A program made the position numbers and the translations under genes. A stretch of DNA of 64,000 bases from Chrysomallon squamiferum (Eukaryota > Animalia > Mollusca), in assembly GCA_012295275.1 (NCBI GenBank), contig CM022676.1, positions 9,176,001 through 9,240,000 of the forward strand. Reading direction: 5' to 3'. Under the pieces are notes generated by a model. The model did no database searches. It was not told the DNA's origin and worked only from the letters and a program-made list of their open reading frames with translations. Position 1 is the stretch's first letter; every line of letters starts with the position of its first letter. Below are positions 14,058-28,480 of this stretch, one piece after another.

Positions 14058-14535
14058 AATGTCTACTTAAGCCACCTGTCTTTATTACGCAGTCTAATTA
14101 TTTGGTAAGTATAAATATATCTGACATTTACAGTCCTCTGAAATGCAGTTATATAAATTATCCATTACCTGTATGATTGTGCATGTGTCTGGCTCAATAT
14201 TGGATAAGTATTTGTCAAATAACATTTGTCAAAAATGCATCCATTCATCATGATAAGATTGCAGCATTTATGTTTGAACATATTACCACAATAGATACAT
14301 CTTATTATCATAGAAAAATTGATAATATTGTTTCGTTGTTCTGTAGCTAAATAACGAAGGTGATGATTTTTCTTTTACATAAAGTTTTCGCACTGTGTTT
14401 GCTTCAGTTTCTGTTAATTAGAAAATCTTTAACGCTATAGAGACAGGATTCACAAACCCAGCTGTTGATATTGATAGACGTTGGTTTACATCTTGTGAAG
14501 TGTAGCTAATTTTATTTTAATTAATTAGATTACTT

Positions 14536-14616
<81 letters not shown>

Positions 14617-14969
14617 AAACTGTCTGTATCTGTTATCTGTTGTTCTTCAAACTCCTTTCTATGTAATCTATCTGAAAACCAAATTACTCATTTTTACATT
14701 TTGGAAACAAATAAAAATACGTTATTATCTGGAAATATTTTATTAAGCTAAAATGTACAACTATTATTACTACTTACAATTAAAACTTAAGAATGTAAAT
14801 ACATCATTATTACAAAATATTATAATTCACGTTGAGAAAGAGAGAAAACAAAACATTAAAAGAGTAATAATAACAGCATAATAAAATAAAATAATAATAG
14901 AAATAAACTTAGATTATTATCCACTAATATTTTTTAACCCTATCTAAAAAATAAAATCGTTTGAAACGT

Positions 14970-15296
14970 AAATTTTCAAAATACATTATCATTACATTCT
15001 CCAACACTCTAAAACACAAATATATGTATACAAACATTTACTGAATGCGAAACTTTAAAAAGCAACAAATATAATTATATTATTGTCTATAAATAGTTTA
15101 ATATAGTATAGTGTAGTATAGTATAGTACAATATTGGGTAGTATAGTATAGCATAACGTAGCACAGTATAATATAGTATAGTACAGTATAGCATAGTATA
15201 ATATACCATAGTACAGAATAGCATAGTACTATAGTTTAGTATAGTATAGGATAGTATAGGATAGTATAGGATAGTATAATATTTTATGTTACAGAC

Positions 15297-15352
<56 letters not shown>

Positions 15353-16350
15353 CAGAACTGCACGTGCAATCAGTTACCTTATGAATCAAAAATCTTAAAA
15401 TCAAGTCACGAAAATAATAATCATCAAATGTTTAAAAATTAAAAATAAAATAAAATAATGTAGAAAAAAAATTCTCACCACTCTTTAACAGTAAAACTAG
15501 CATACTTCTTCTGAACAGAATTAGTTTTAAAATACAAATAAGTAAAAATTAAAAACGTGTGTTTTCAAAATACATTATGATTACATTATCTTTCCATCTA
15601 AAAAATCCAAATATATCTATACAAACATTTACTGAATCCTAATCTTTAAAAAGCAACAAATATAATTATACTATTGCCTATAAATATAAACTGACAAAAA
15701 AATACAATTTTTAAAATGAAACAGTTTTTTTATTAAAAACAAAATTTATATTCGCAGTAAAAATACATTTAAGAAATAATTTTTTTGTAACTTTTTAAAA
15801 TGTAAAGGCAATTTTATTATTATATTATATATTTTTTCAAAGTAAACATTTAACAATAATTAATTAATAATATACCGTACGTAGTACAGTATAGAATACT
15901 ACAGTACAGCATAGTATAGAATAGTATAGCATAGTATACTATCGCATAGCATAGAATGCATATCACTGCACAGCATAGCATAGGATAGAATAGCACAGGA
16001 GAGTATAACATTTTATATTAAAGACATATTTATTTATATAACTATTCATTCGATCGTTTTCGAACTGTAAATATAATTAATTGCCTTATCGATCAAAAAC
16101 AGTATAGTCCAGAGTAACGAAATTAATAAAAATAAAAATTTAAAAAATAATAAATAAATCAAAACTGTATACAAAATCTTTTCTCAGCACTCTTTGACAA
16201 TACAAATAACATATTTCTCCGGAATAAAAATAAATAAATAAAAAAATAATTATAAATATATAAATAAATAAATAATATTGCAACTCTGATGAAATCATTT
16301 GTGCTATTATCCCAGAGTGATTTCCCTGGATTCTTCGATCTATCCCGGAA
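14970..16350. repeat. Degenerate tandemly duplicated ~0.6-0.7 kb repeat in the spacer between units A and B
   Basis: 14973-15096 matches 15562-15686 (ttttcaaaatacattat...tttaaaaagcaacaaatataattata); 15352-15420 and 16060-16350 match 11513-11750; weaker copy at 6031-6140. Confidence 0.7.
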
Positions 16351-16377
16351 TCGGAGTTAAACCAAACAATTTTCTCA

Positions 16378-19300
16378 AAACATGATTAAAACACACAGAT
16401 GACACGTTACTATGATAAATGTATCCAAAGTAACACACGAACAGTGATAAATTATGACACAGTAAAAATTAATAATAATACTATTATCTAAAACAACAAT
16501 TAAAATTATCACTGCAAAGTTAATTTACAAAAAGTTAATCCGGGCTTTTTTCAGTCAGATGACGTCAAGTTGTTTCTTGTTCTGAATGTAAAATAATAAT
16601 TTTCTACCGAAACGAAAGTGAAATCCCTGGTCCGTAAGTTTTCCATTTGTCTTTTTGAAATTTCCACGTTATTTGCGTATTATTGTTTTCAACTTTTAAC
16701 TTTTGCAGAGTCTGTGTATTTTTGTGAGCATTTATAAGTGTACGTCTGTGCGTGTGTTTATGGGTGTACGTGCATGTATATATGTGAGTGTATGTGTATG
16801 TGTGCATATTTGTTAATAAGTATTTTCGTGAGTGTGTATGTGTGTGTTTGTATGAGTGTATGTGTATATGTGTGTGTAGAAAATATTTATAATAGTAATA
16901 AAACTGCTATTAATAACAATATGGGTACAGATCTGTATTTATAATGTATGGCACCTACAGCAATAACATGCTTTATAAATATAAGGTAAATCAAATTCAC
17001 ACGAGGAATTTTAATCGTGATATAAAGTTTGTTTTACTATAGTACGTCGGATGAGAGCATTCTTCACTATCTGACAACGTACACTTCAGAAAACCTTCAC
17101 GTATCTCACCTTGTCTTTTCACTGTTTCATATCTAACTCCTCCTAGAGTTTCAACAATCAGTTTATACTGTGTGTCTTTCTTTATGTCTAAAGGACTTGG
17201 AAAATCAACGTCAAAAACAGATTGATTGATTTGTTTATCTACTGAAGATCCTGGCACTATCACATCTGTCGAAACTTCACAAACACTGGCTTTGATTGAA
17301 ATTGATTTTTCACTTTCTGATATAGCATTTGAAATACCAAAGCCTATGGTTTGCTGTTGACGTATTGCTGCAGCATTTGAAATACCAAAGCATATGGTTT
17401 GCTGTTTAATTTTTCTTTGTAAAGTGAGAATACTAAAGCCTTTCAAAGACGCATTCGTGTTTAAACAAAATGTTATCGTATCCAAGCACGATGAAAGAAA
17501 ATCATCGATTTCCTGGAAACAAATATTTTCAAATCTATCAATTTTGATTAATTTCTTCTTTGTACCAACTCTGCGGCTTTTGCTGAAAAGTGACAAATCT
17601 TTCTCTGGGTAGACATAGCAGAATAAAATTTCTAATTGTTCAGATTCATTTAAAATATCTTTGGGCAAAACCTTATTTTGAAAATACTCTGAGTCGAGAA
17701 GAGGAAAGCGAATGAGGTACAGCTCTTTTCCCAGCACTTCACGTTGGTTTTCTGCTGTTATTTCTTTTTCCTGTCGTCTGCACTCAGCTTCGCTCCATTT
17801 CATGCATGACTGAAAAACTGTCTCCTCAGTGGCCTTCAGGTCATCAGGTTCAATTATCTTTCTAAAACATCCACGACAGAGATCTGTGAAACTCTGTGAA
17901 TTCAGTACACCTTCGCCATTTTCCCAAATATATTTCAGACATGTTTTCTTGAAATCGTCTTGTTTATAGATGTGACTTTCTTCGAGTACGACGCATGCGT
18001 CTTCTGTCGTCATTTCCGTTTGAAGGTAGTTAAGACATCTCTTTTCTAGATGAATGACGTCATACTTCCTGGCAAGGTACAATAACCGGATCACGTTGTC
18101 AGCTTTAAGGTCCGTTTGATCAGTATAGAGAAATCTGGAAAAATAAAACAAAAAACAGTTAAATACACACACACAAACACACATACAAAACATACATAAA
18201 TACATGCATGCTCACATACATACACATATACACACAAACACTTCCAAAAATATATAAATATGTGAACAAATATATATAAATACGTGAACAAATATATATA
18301 AATACAAATGTTATAATAGTTCTATATACACGCAAACATTCATACAGACATAAATAAGAAAGAGAAATTCAGATGCTAAAAGACCTACCTATATACATCT
18401 AGATATGCAAGTAATATACATACACGTATACATACATACCCAGACACAAATACGTACGTACATACATACATACATAAATACACACATACATACACACATA
18501 GATACGTACACACACACACACCTACATACATACATACATAAATACACACATACATACACACATACATACACACATCCATACATACACACAAATTATGTAC
18601 ATATCTTTTATGCATTATCAACAGAAGAAAATAAAAGCAGTAAAAAAATAAAAGTAAAAGGAAGAAACAATTTCGAAAAGAAAATATTAAATACACACAT
18701 TAAATACGCACATACATACACACAAATGTATTTACAGACACATACACATAGAATATATACATGCACGAGTACATACATATGTAGATCGATAAAAAATACA
18801 TGCACACATGCATACATACATACATAATACATACATACATACGTGCATACATATTAATCAATAAATTAAAAAATAAAATAAACTGGACACCAATTTCTTA
18901 CTCTAAAAACAAGTGAAATATTTCTGCTTCAGTGTCTGGGATTACAATATCATCCTGTTCTTTCAGCTCTCCTGTCAACATGGCCTGAAACACATAGCTG
19001 CGCAGACTGAGTATCAACTTGTGAGCTTGGACACGTGTCCTGTCCTCTCCGACAATGAATGTGACGTCACAGAGAATGTTTTCCTTGAGAGAATGTCGGA
19101 GACTTTCAACGAGAGTTCGTTCATGTTGCCAGTTATCTGCATAACCGGAAGTATTTTTTACTTCTCTTTCTCGAGGGGTGGTTACGTCATCCTCGACTTC
19201 GGTTTCTTCACCGTTTATTACATTATCCGCAGCAACAGCTTCTGCTGCAGCCATTTTGTTATCACTGAATTTATAAAATTATAACAACAGAAAAGAATAT

Positions 19301-19975
19301 TTATTTTAAAGTAAATAAACAAAAAAAAACTGTGTATCTTTATGAGAGTCTGTGTGTGTGTATGCGTGCGTGTGTACGAGAGAGAGAGAGAGAGAGAGCT
19401 TTACGTGATAACGACATCAGCGACCCAGTCACTGACACACATGTTCACGGTCACGTTAACCATAAACCAAGCTTTTATTTGCAGACTTGTTTTACAATTT
19501 TCTTGCACACAACAGATGAACTGCACAAAAAGTTGCTATTGTTAATTTGTAGATTTTTCATTTCTTTCTCTTTTTTTTTCTTTTTTTTTAAAACGAACTT
19601 GGTATCACTGCAAACTTTATTTCATTTATTGTCTTAATGTGTGTGTGTGTGCGTGCGCGCGCGCATATTTGTGTATACATATGTGTTTATGTTTTCTGGA
19701 GTGTGCTTTGAGTAACGCTATACTAATACAGAATATAAATGTAGCTAAATAAAGATTTTTTATTATTATTATTCTAATCTTTCCCCTGTTCTTTGTTTTA
19801 CCCGACTCATCTCTCCCTGTAATCAAAATTAATAAATTACTTTATTTATTATCAATTTCTCACTGTTCAGTTGTGTTTTTAAATTTATTTATTTGTTTAT
19901 TTATTTATTATTTGAATATTCATTTTCTTCTTCATCATCTTCTTATTATTATCATCATCATCATCATCATCATCA

Positions 19976-20050
<75 letters not shown>

Positions 20051-20809
20051 CTTGTTTTCCGACGTATCAGCGGCGAATATTCTCGAAGGTAAAGTTTGAT
20101 AACATTGTTAACTAGGTCACAGTACTACGTGGTAAAATCGTTTACAGATATTTCTATTCTTTATGTTTACATCCAAAACACACAGCATACCTTCAACAAA
20201 TAACCACTATTTCACTGTATTTGTTTCAAATGGATAATCAGGTTTCAAAATGAATCCACAGAAAAATCAGTAATAAGAAAAAATCTTTGTTTCTAACGAA
20301 AAGAAAAACTTACCTTCTAGAATGGTCACCTTCAGCAGTGTGCCCTGTATGTAAATTACTTCCTAGTAAGCATCTGACCTTTTCCAGGAAAACAAAACAA
20401 TAAATACTACTTTCAATTTCAAATTAGCTCTTATAGAAATAATGATAAGTACTAGTTATCGTCTTAATTTCTTCCTAATTTTATTTTATGTAAACTAAAT
20501 AAAATAAAAAAATCACTTTATGATTGAGATAATTATTAAGATAATAAAGAATATTTACTTTTAAAAGTTATCCATCCGAACTTTGACCTGCTTTTTCTGA
20601 TCTAGGTGTTTCAGGAAAGATAACTCTTATACAAACACTGATCATTAAAGTATTAAGAAACCTTCGACAAAATAATTTTTCATGGTATTGAGATTTTTTT
20701 TTTTTTTTTTTTTTTTTTTGGCGACGGATGGTGGCTTTTTGATTTCTTATTTTATTTAACTTTATTTTACATTTACTACAACTATTACTATTATTATTAT
20801 TATTATTAT

Positions 20810-20853
<44 letters not shown>

Positions 20854-23726
20854 TGGAGGTGTTCCCAGTTGCTAATAAATGAAATAAAATAAATAAATAA
20901 AACTGAGAACTATATATGTGTACTTATTTTTTTTAATGAAACAGTTATTTATTTAACATAAGACGGTAATTATTAAAAACAAAATTATCTGTTCGCACTA
21001 TCTCCATTGTTGTTGTTGTTTTGTGTTGTTGTTGTTGTTGTTGTTGTTTTTTTTTTTTTTTTTTTTTTTTTGGGGGGGGGGGATTAGTAATTTTTCAAAA
21101 TACACATTCAATTTTATTATTATATTTAAAATAAAAATAAAACAATGATTAATTTGCTCATTTAAGTATAAGAGATGTAATGATATTATAGTATAGCATA
21201 GCATAGCATTATATTTTATATTACAGCCATTACTATTACTATTATTATTATTATTATAAAACGTATGAATCGGTAATTATAATTACATTATAATTACATT
21301 ATAATTACCGATTTATACATTTTAGAACTGCAAGCATAATTAATTGCCTTATCGATAAAAAAAATATTACAATCCAGAGTCACGGAAATAACAAAGTACA
21401 GGGCTTTTTAACAACAAAAATAGCATATTTCCCTTGAAAAGAAGTAATTTTAAAATGTAAATAAATAAATAAATAAATAGTACGAAACTCCGATGAAATC
21501 TCTTGTGCTGTTGTCCAGAGTGATTTCCCTTGATTCTTCGGCTCTCAAGTCCCGGAATTCGTTTCCACGGGTATCGCTTCGCTTTTGGAACTTCAACCAA
21601 TCAATGCGCGCTATTTCCACACACCCGTATAGCTTTATTTCCATCCGCCATATTGTCCCACAGGCGGTGTTTTTAATGTTGATGATTGTTTAGTTCAGTT
21701 GTTCAGCAAGCGTTAGTACTTCCTTTGTTAGAAGGCATTATTCATAGGCACAATGGTGAAGCGATGTGTGTGGGGGACATGCAAATCGGATGAACGGTAT
21801 GAAAGTGCACATTTGACATTTGACATTTATACCGTTTCCGAAGCCGAAAACACAACGACGAACGAGAAAAATGTTTAAAATGGATTCGACTATGCGGACG
21901 ACCACACTCTCGACTAAATGTTGATAACATAAACAAGCACAAGTATGTTTGTTCAAAGGTGACTGCAGTTATGCATGAAATTATCTCAATTCTATTTATT
22001 TTATAGTTATTTATTTAAAAATCAAAACTCTCAGTAATTCACGAATATTTTAAGTGCATATCATTATGATTATAGGATAAAGTGATATATATCACAATTC
22101 TAAAACAGGATTTGAAGATTCATAATATGAAATGAGATTATACAGCCATGCTTTATTTTTTATTTGTTCACCATTTGTAGCTTACCATGTTAGATTTATA
22201 ATTTTAATATCTGAAAATATATTCTTTTAGTTTTACAGCATTTTGTTGGAGAAAGAGGCCCTACAGAGAAACACCCTGATCCAGTAGCTGCAGATGAGTC
22301 AGTCAACAACGTCGAGGCCCCCACCAAAGAAACAGTGATTACAGGAAATTTCAATGGAAAGTAATACAGAGTAGGTAATCTAATTTAAACCAGGTTCTAG
22401 TACAAAGTTTTAAGTCACAATTTCTCAGGCTATCTTCAAATTCCTTGAGTGTTTGGGGTAATTTTATTACTGCTTTTTAATCTGCGTCATAGACAGTTTT
22501 CAGTCACGTAAAGTTATTTATTGTAATTTTCACATATGAGAAAATACAAAATATATTCAGAGCTTCAGGAATTTTTTTTTATAAAATCCAGCAGCCGTAG
22601 GGCCAATGATGTTTTTAATTTACTAGCCATAATTAAAAATTCACTAACCCAACTTTACTTTAATTCTACTAATTGATAGTAATCATCAGATTTGTCACCT
22701 AAAGGTAGGGCTTAAAATACTATTACTGGGGTAGGGGGGAGGCAGGATTGTCATATTTATAAAATAGACTCGACTAACATTTACCAAATGCTTTTACTAA
22801 CCACTGGGCATGGCAATAGCAGTTATTTACAAGCCCAGCATTCAGTATCATTAGCCATGTGGGTAGGTCTACCACAGTCTAGAAGCCCAGACATTAACTG
22901 ATTAAGCTCTCCTGATTTCAGTGCCACCAGACCTGATGACAGTGAAAATGCTCCAACTACTGAACTCCATAAGGATGAAAATACTCAAAGCTGACCAAAA
23001 CTGTAAGTTCCAAGTTTTCAATGCATTATTTACACAAAAATAAAATTAAAACCCACAACATACCTACACCTGAACCGACTCGTATTTTTTTTTTTTTCAT
23101 TTTGACTAGGTGTGGTTTTGTGTAAAACAAAGAGACTTTTTCCAATGTTTCAAATTTATGGTCAATAGTCGGATAAATCCACTGAACATGCAAGTCTAAA
23201 CTACAGTCACAAAACTTTGAACCTGGTCATAGTACTGACGATTTTGAGGCAGAATAATTGAATTGCCTCCTGTTTTGCAGTATACAAGCACTTGACCTCA
23301 ATTATGCCAGTCATTATTATTCCAACTTTACCATCTGGGCTGTCACCTAAAAACAAAAATTCTTTATTTACCACTAGTCTACATTGATGTATGTGTCTTG
23401 TATGATAAAGTTCAAGATAATTGGCTTTTGCTTTTCGTTTATTTCTTCTGCCAGTATTCAAAGGGAGCAGTTGATATCTCTTTATTGTTAAAGTTATTCT
23501 CCCAGAATTTTGAAGATGGTACAAGCTTTGAGTTGTACAATTTATTTGTTTGGCCCTTGATGTTTTCCATAACTGGCAGCTTGCCTAGTCCTGTGTCTGT
23601 CTTTCCAGTTTTTCTGCAAAATCTTTATTTAAACAAAGATATTCATCTGTTAACTTTACAGATGCTGATTTTGTTTTGTTTGTTAGTGTATTGCAGCATC
23701 CCGTTCCTGCAGAGGCTTCTGTATTT
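16378..23726. repeat. Segmental tandem duplication, unit B
   Basis: Near-identical to unit A in upstream non-coding DNA; identical ORF-track products at 11557/21367, 11683/21493 and 13397/23207. An older third unit spans ~25230-28700. Confidence 0.92.
16997..19254 (-). CDS. BTB/POZ-BACK-PHR-like protein, copy 2, ~496 aa
   Basis: Exons 19254-18902 and 18134-16997, same splice sites as copy 1; 1491 nt in frame. Probable 5'UTR exon donor at 20313. Confidence 0.9.
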
Positions 23727-24920
23727 TTTAAGTTTCTTGTCTAAAATATAATATAAAATATTTTGTGAAGTACATTAAACATGTCTTTTTCATTCATGTC
23801 TTTTCAGGGGTTTCCACAGTTCATCTCCTGCTACTTAGAGCAGAGAGTCACAAAAACAGTTAGAAGACACAGCGCAAAATCATCAATTGCTTAAGAAAGT
23901 ACCAGAAGTTCAGAACAGAAGACACGAACAATAGAATGAGAGAACAATGCAGAAGACTGGAGAAACATTTGGTTTTGATAGTTGTGACAGAACCTCATTT
24001 GTGCCCCTTTGCCAGACTTGCTTTTTTGTAATTTTGTATTCTATCAAGTGAATTATATAATGTTTGCAAAGCACTTATTTTCAAAATAGCAGAGGGTATG
24101 CAGACATCAATGGGCTGTTTAGAAGCTGTATTATATAATCAGGGGAAGGTCCATTATTTATTACTTAACGCTCGAAAACTAAGCAACAAACTAACATAAC
24201 AAGTTTCTAATTAATGTAGTTATTAAAATAACGTAACCAACTTGCCTTAATTAGAACAGTATTATCTATCAACAACATTCACCTTTGTATTGAATCGTGA
24301 AAATCTTACAACTAAATCATATGTTACCATTGATGGTTAATGTATGTGAAATACACTTAATTATATTCAATTCTCGTTTGCGTTATCATTCTCTAGTGGA
24401 TACAGAATAGTCATTTAGTAGTTTAAGCTGTCTCAGATCATTAACACCTTGTCACGTGATGCTATTATCGTCTGCTACCCTTTTGATGGGACAAGCTAAC
24501 TTTAAGGTATTAATACTAGTCAGACTAGTCGGTGACAATGGTGTCTGTAGAAGAGAGGGAAAATATAAAGATCTGTTCCAGTATTACACAGGATTAAAGC
24601 TGCTAAGATTTCTTGTACAACTGACAATTGCATTTCTTACAGGAAAAGTAGATTGAATGCTGGGGTATAATAATTGACAAAATGCTTGCTGAGTACAAAA
24701 GGGAATTTTTCCACAAGTCTGATTATCATTGATGCAACAGAAATTAATACAGAATCATCTTGTGATCTGGATCTACAAAGTCAAATGTACAGCGACTACA
24801 AATCAAGCAGTACCTTAAAGCGTCCTATTGGTTGTGATCCATGTGGATCACTGATGTCTGTTTCTCAACTGTTTACTGGGTCTGTATCAGACATATTGCA
24901 GAGGTATTTACATGCATAAT
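21631..24920 (+). mobile_element. Decayed ISL2EU/PIF-Harbinger-type DNA transposon, longer copy (THAP, YqaJ, DDE_Tnp_4-like)
   Basis: THAP exons 21753-21958 and from 22239 (+); YqaJ remnant ~23105-23720 (-); DLFQYYTGL at ~24570-24597 and IIIDATEI..QSQMYSDYKSSSTLK..G.DPCG...VSQLFTGSVSD at ~24720-24893 (+), the HARBI1-like catalytic core. No right TIR found. Confidence 0.8.
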
Positions 24921-25639
24921 AATTTTGTGTATTACCAGCACAATACTTTTAAAGAATACTACTATATTCCAGTTAAATATTAAATACATTTAACTTCAGA
25001 ACAACATGAAATTAGTTTATGCAAAATATAATCAATTGTTACAGGGATTAAAATATCACCCAGATTTTTACCCTCTGGTGGCTGTTTTGTCTCCAATCAA
25101 ACCTGAATGTGCAGTTTGTGTGCCAAGTCCTTTTTCCTCATGGAAAGCTGGCTTCTCGCATCCTTTCAGTTGATTTTCTTTGGAAATTTTTATATCATGG
25201 ATTTCAAACTTTATCTTATGCTTTTCTGGGGTTAAACCAAAGTTTTTTGTAAAACCATGATTAAAACGCACAGATGACACATTACTATGGTATATGTTTC
25301 TAAGGTAATGCACAAACAGTCATAAATTATGAGACAATAAAGTAATAATAATACTATTATCTGAAACAATTAAAATTATCACTACAAAGTTAATTCACAA
25401 AAAGTTATGCCAGGCTTTTTTTCTGTCATGTTTGTTCTTGTTCTGAATATAAAACAATAATTTTCCGCAAAGTAATCCATTTGTCTTTGAAATTTATTTA
25501 TTTATTGCTAGTGCACGTACATCTGTGTATAAAAAATACTGATCATCCTGCTGTTAATAATAATATGGTTTACTTCTTTATTTATAATGCATGATTGCTA
25601 TAACAATAATAGATTTCAAAAATATAACTCGAATCAAAT

Positions 25640-27332
25640 TCACACAAGGAATTTTAATCGCGATACAAAGTTTGTTTTAATCCCGAACGTGCCACCAGTA
25701 TGCAAACATTGTTTGCTGTCTGACAGCGTACACTTCAGAAAGCCTTCGCGAATCTCACCTTCTCTGTTCAGAGTCGTACATCTAGCTCTTCCTTCAGTGT
25801 CGACAGTCAGGTTGTACTGGGTGTCTTTCTTTATCTCTAAAGGACTTGGAAAGTCAATTTCAAAAACAGACTCATCAATTTGTTGATCTACCGAAGATCC
25901 TGGCACCATCACATTTGTCGAAACTTCACAAATACTGGCTTTGATTGAAACTGATTTTTCACTTTCTGATATAGCATTTGAAATAACAAAGCCTTTGGTT
26001 TGCTGTTTGCTTTTTGCTACAGCATTTGAAAAAACAAAGCCTTTGGTTTGTTGTTTACTTTTTCTTGGAAAATTGAGAATACTAAATCCTTTCAAAGATG
26101 CATTCATGTTTAAAGAAAATGTTAATGTATCATAGTAACAGTAAAGATTATCATCGATGTCCTGGAAACCAATATTTTCAAATCTATCAATTTTGATTAA
26201 CTTCTTCTTTGTACCAACTCTGCGCCTCTTGCTGAAAAGTGACACATCTTTCTCTGGGTAGACATAGGAACGCATAATTTTGAATCCTTCAGATTCAGTT
26301 AAAAGGTCTGTGGGCAAAATCTTGTCTTCAAAATATTCTCTCTCGACAATAGGAAGGCGAATGAGGTACAGCTCTTTTCCCAGCACTTCACGTTGGTTTT
26401 CTGCAGTTATTTCTTTTTCCTGTCGTCTGCACTCAGCTTCACTCCATTTCATGCATGACTGAAAAACTGTCTCCTCAGTGGCGTTCAGATCATCAGATTC
26501 AATTATCTTTCCTAGACATTCGTGACAGAGATCTGTGAAACTCTGTGAATTCAGTACACCTTCGCCATTTTCCCAAATATATTTCAGACACGTTTTCATG
26601 AAATCGTCTTGTTTATAGATGTGACTTTCTTCCAAAAGGACACACACATTGTTTGTCTTCATTTGGGTTTCAAGGTAGTTAAGACATCTCTTTTCTAGAT
26701 TAGTTACATCGTACTTTCTGGCAAGGTACAATAATCGAATGACATTGTCATCTTTAAAGTCGGTTTCATCAGTATAAAGAAATCTGGGGGGAAAAAAAAT
26801 AAAAAAATAACAAACATAGACACACACACACATGCATAAATACATGCACAAAAATATATACATACAAATGTTGTAGAAGTATACATATTTACATATATAC
26901 ACAACTCTGCATGCATTATTATCAATATAAAATCAATAAAAAAAAAGTTTTTATTTTTTTGAAAAGTAACTATTCAATAAATTAAAAAGTTCAAAATAAA
27001 CTGGATAATTTCTTACTCTAAAAACAAGTGAAATATTTCTGCTTCAGTGTCTGGGATTACAATATCACCCTGTTCTTTCAGATCTCCTGTCAACATCGCC
27101 TGAAACACATAGCTGCGCAGACTGAGTATCAACTTGTGGGCTTGGATACGTGTCCTGTCCTCTCCGACAATGAATGTGACGTCACAGAGAATGTTTTCTT
27201 TGAGAGAATGTCGGAGACTTTGAAGGATAGTTTGTTCATGTTGCCAGTTATATGCATAACCTGAAGTATTTCTTACTTCTGTTTCTCGACTGGGGTTACA
27301 TCATCCACAACATCAGCTTCTGCAGCAGCCAT
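25640..27332 (-). pseudogene. BTB/POZ-BACK-PHR-like copy 3 with a 1-nt frameshift near the N-terminus (pseudogene or assembly indel)
   Basis: Exons 27332-27017 and 26783-25640 total 1460 nt. ATG frame reads MAAAEADVVDDVTPVEKQK* (stop 27275-27273); adding one base at the G-run ~27292-27295 restores a ~486-aa protein collinear with copies 1/2. Exon 2 is fully open. Confidence 0.75.
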
Positions 27333-28021
27333 TTTGTTATCACTGAATTAAAAAACAAAAAAAATGATAACAAAAAAGAATGTTTTAAAATAAACATCAA
27401 AACATTTGTATCTGTCATAGAGACGGAGTCACCCAAAATGCAGCTTTACTCGATAACATCAGAGACCCAGTCATGTGTTTTTTCAGATTAGAAGACAATA
27501 TTGTTTACAACAACATCAACCACAGTTTTATTTGTCGACATGTAGAATTTTTTTGAATACAACAGTTGAAGTGCACAAAAATCTGCAAGTGTTAAGTTGT
27601 AAGACTTTTATGAAAATAATAAAGTTTTTGTCATATTTGTTTTGTTTAACAATATTCATTTATTGTCACCTGTGGTGTGGGTGTGTGTGTGTGTGTGCAT
27701 GCATGTATACATATTGGTGTGTGTTTGTGCGTATACTTTCAATAACACTATTGTGATAAAAAGTATAAATCTATCCCTGTTCTGTTTTACCTGACGTATA
27801 AACCAGACTTTCCTCCCACTAATTAAAACCAACAAATACTTTATTTATTATTAATTTCTCATTGTTCAGTTGTGCAATTTAAATTTTATTTATTTATTTA
27901 TTTACTTATTTGTTTGTTTGTTATTTGAATATTCTTCTTATTTATTATTAGTATTGTTTCTAATACAGAAGTTTGATAGTCGTTGTTAGTGGGTCACTAC
28001 ACTTTGTGACAAAATTCATTA

Positions 28022-28480
28022 CAGTGGGGGACTCTATATATAATATAACGAACGGATTATACTACAAATATTCCTATAATGAATAGTTTTACCTATGATT
28101 CTCAGAACCCATAACAAACATGATAAAATATTTCAGAGGAGGATGTTGACCAGGAGCAAAGCCATATTATTCCAGCCCAAGAACTGAAGGATGTTTTCTG
28201 CTGCTAGAATAAACTTTCCAATATTAAAGAATTTCATCCTGATGTTGGTTCTGTTGAAACAGGTCTTGATAAGTTACAGCCAAATTTTGGAAGGTCCAAA
28301 AATCAGACTGAAGCAGTCGACCCTGGATTCCTTCTTTAAAAAACCTAAAGATGAACTGCCCATAGAACAGGAAGACTCCTCCCCCCCTTCTCTGCTTCCT
28401 CTCCTGCAAACTCAGCAACAGTAACGTAAAATAAAGTATTACTGATATTTTTCATTTCAGGCGTTTAAATGTATATTTAT
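28022..28480 (+). mobile_element. Tigger/pogo-like (Tc1/mariner) transposase C-terminal remnant in the first intron of BTB copy 3
   Basis: Starts ta|cagtgg; broken frames give ELKDVF..IKEFHPD..QILEG..RLKQSTLDSFFKKP, resembling the Tigger C-terminus; absent at the equivalent position of copies 1/2. Confidence 0.6.

Noticed and set aside
14165-14675. Possible minus-strand exon remnants in the spacer
   Set aside because: Splice-like signals exist, but frames contain stops, one implied intron is only ~38 bp, and no family is recognisable.
25068-25313. 81-aa minus-strand ORF 3' of BTB copy 3
   Set aside because: No recognisable motif; its 5' part overlaps non-coding flank shared with the other copies.
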